From Acutalibacteraceae bacterium (GTDB lineage: Bacteria; Bacillota; Clostridia; Oscillospirales; Acutalibacteraceae): a stretch of 55,057 nt of DNA. The stretch covers positions 1 to 55,057 of the forward strand of contig JAZOWG010000201.1 of assembly GCA_045659105.1 (NCBI GenBank). The letters run 5' to 3'. Within the stretch, counting starts at the first letter, position 1; each line of letters opens with the position of its first letter. The notes beneath the pieces are model-generated. The model worked only from the letters and a program-made list of their open reading frames with translations, was not told where the DNA came from and ran no database searches. This document shows positions 53,594 to 55,057 of this stretch, piece by piece. Made by a program: the position numbers and the translations under genes.

Positions 53594-54883
53594 ATGCAAA
53601 CAAGTGTTGATCCAAAAACTATACCAAGCAGTATTCGAGAAAAGCTGGAACAGTATCGTGTCAAACTCTTGAGCTTCGGTATGCAAGAACCAAGTAAAAG
53701 AGAAGCCTCTGATTGTCATTGGTATTTCTTTAAGCCAATGACTGATTTAACAGCATTCATTGTCAATCTGATCGGGAAGGATGAATATATCGAAGTAGTA
53801 TATGGTTATGCTTCAATTGCATTTACTCGATTTGCAGGATGTGAAAATACATTGATTGAATCGGGTGTTAGGGATGAAAATATTACTATTCGCGAGAAAT
53901 ATATCATTCGTAATAATGAAGATGAAGAAACTATAAAACCATTGATTGCGGATATGTACAGTCGATATTCACAAACCCGGAAAGACGATTTACTGATATT
54001 TGCAAAAGAAAAGAGGAAATCGTTTATTCAGCAGATTGCAATAAAGCTGAAATCGTTAGGTTTCAAGAAGAATGCCAATTCCTGGACACGTTCATTGATT
54101 GGCGAGTATTACCTGATGTTCAATGCACAGAAATCATCGTTTTCAGACGAATATTACTTTAATGTGTACATAGGAAAAAATGGCACAAATGAGTACGGGG
54201 ATTGTTATTATGCGAGAATAGCTCCGCAAGGAATGTGTCCGCTGGATTGGCAGACATTGACTAAAGAAGAATTTGATTTTTTCTTGGAGCAAACTGTTCT
54301 TCCTGAACTTAGCAAAATAATCAATACTCCGCTAAATGACTTGGGAAAAATTTCTTCTTATTGGTTAGGATGTTACTGTAAACGTAATAAATGTGAATCT
54401 TGCTGGATTGAAAAAAATCAATGGGATCTTATAGTAGAAAAAACATATCATCTTCCTATTGAAACAAATGATGGAGTGATAGCTTTAGAGGTTGAACATA
54501 AAACCATTCCGCAGTATGACGGGCATGTGAGAATTACTCTTTCTGCAATGGTGCAGGGTATTTTACATTCGTATGAATCTGACTCAACTGAAAAGGTTTT
54601 GCTTGCTTTTGCAAAAAATTTACCTAAAGGCTGGAAAATCAAATCTTGTATTTCCTGCAGATACGGTCATTTCTGTCCCGTAGGCGATAATGATAATGAA
54701 CTGTTTTGCATAACAGAATTTGAGGCGAGAAATCCCCGTGACTTATGGAATATCACAGAAGATGAGAATGAAAGAAGCAAACGAAGACGCACATTGCTTG
54801 ATAGCTGTGAAAAGTATAAAGAACAATCTGATGAATATTATACTTATAGTGATTATAGTGACAAAATAAAACAATACAGATAG
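53594..54883 (+). CDS. Hypothetical Cys-rich protein; the middle region is DUF4304-like; the codon usage looks foreign
   Basis: The ATG at 53594 follows GGAGGGA. The segment SWTRSLIGEYYLMFNAQKSSFSDEYYFNVYIG recalls DUF4304. Cysteine pairs are CYCKRNKCESC and CISCRYGHFCP. Confidence 0.6.
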   Translation: MQTSVDPKTIPSSIREKLEQYRVKLLSFGMQEPSKREASDCHWYFFKPMTDLTAFIVNLIGKDEYIEVVYGYASIAFTRFAGCENTLIESGVRDENITIREKYIIRNNEDEETIKPLIADMYSRYSQTRKDDLLIFAKEKRKSFIQQIAIKLKSLGFKKNANSWTRSLIGEYYLMFNAQKSSFSDEYYFNVYIGKNGTNEYGDCYYARIAPQGMCPLDWQTLTKEEFDFFLEQTVLPELSKIINTPLNDLGKISSYWLGCYCKRNKCESCWIEKNQWDLIVEKTYHLPIETNDGVIALEVEHKTIPQYDGHVRITLSAMVQGILHSYESDSTEKVLLAFAKNLPKGWKIKSCISCRYGHFCPVGDNDNELFCITEFEARNPRDLWNITEDENERSKRRRTLLDSCEKYKEQSDEYYTYSDYSDKIKQYR

Positions 54884-54919
54884 CAACTAAAATAATAATA
54901 AAAGCACTCCAAAGAACTT

Positions 54920-54945
54920 CCCCGCTGCCCATAAAGGCAACGGGG
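54920..54945. terminator. Hairpin between convergent genes
   Basis: CCCCGCTGCC-cataaa-GGCAACGGGG (one mismatch). Confidence 0.6.
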
Positions 54946-54960
54946 ATGATTTTATGTAAA

Positions 54961-55057
54961 TTATTTGATTTCGGAAAGCTGAACGGGTCTGTGCTCTGCA
55001 ACAGACTTCTTAGCAGCAAGACCGATTTTAACGGACTGCATACCTGCGTGGATACCA
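54961..55057 (-). CDS. C-terminal end of an unidentified protein; the gene continues beyond the window end
   Basis: My own minus-strand translation ends ...GIHAGMQSVKIGLAAKKSVAEHRPVQLSEIK* with the stop at the complement of 54961-54963. Host-like codon usage is the only support. Confidence 0.4.
   Translation of the reverse strand, partial: GIHAGMQSVKIGLAAKKSVAEHRPVQLSEIK

Noticed and set aside
54753-55019. 88-aa minus-strand ORF at the window end
   Set aside because: It spans the inter-genic hairpin and overlaps the 3' end of the 53594-54883 gene in antisense. A different frame (ending at 54961) gives a sensible protein tail with host-like codons.
1-55057. CRISPR arrays, IS elements/transposases, prophage genes, rRNA
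   Set aside because: I found no spaced short-repeat arrays. No translation resembles a DDE, serine or tyrosine recombinase or a phage structural protein. No rRNA-like sequence is present.

Overview
This 55-kb chromosomal window comes from a low-GC, endospore-forming Firmicute that looks Clostridia-like. The sporulation genes spoVT, dpaA/dpaB, spoIVB, a SpoVD-type PBP and a DUF3794/LysM coat-like protein are all present. Most of the window is core metabolism and information processing: htpG, sdaA, trmB, alaX, GTP-PEPCK, tsaD-rimI-polA, dusB, two tRNA-Ser genes, ileS with a T-box, mgtE, a P-type ATPase and pduL. I saw no transposase, integrase, CRISPR array or rRNA. Five things stand out. (1) An orphan gene encodes two tandem TIR domains. 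It lies on a ~1.0-kb AT-rich insertion bracketed by a 71-bp direct duplication of the spoVT start region, with a 77-nt imperfect hairpin at its right border. This is my best candidate for an undescribed single-gene defence or NAD-signalling module. (2) A HydABC-type [FeFe]-hydrogenase operon has a five-gene putative sensory block inserted between hydC and the ferredoxin/hydB/hydA genes. The block is DRTGG, an RsbW-like kinase, a HydS-like hydrogenase paralog, a second DRTGG and a PHP phosphoesterase. It is followed by an orphan GHKL ATPase, and two Rex-type operators lie upstream of the operon. (3) A COG0523 metallochaperone carries four tandem 60-bp repeats encoding CDCGCHDHEHH modules. It is coupled to a CxCC-less G3E GTPase fused to a DUF1980-like domain and to a GH2 glycosidase. 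(4) There are three cis-regulatory RNA candidates: a yybP-ykoY Mn-type leader, an M-box-like short leader and a T-box(Ile). (5) A Cys-rich orphan gene with foreign codon usage lies next to spoIVB. All calls come from reading the sequence and the supplied ORF translations. No database search was run.
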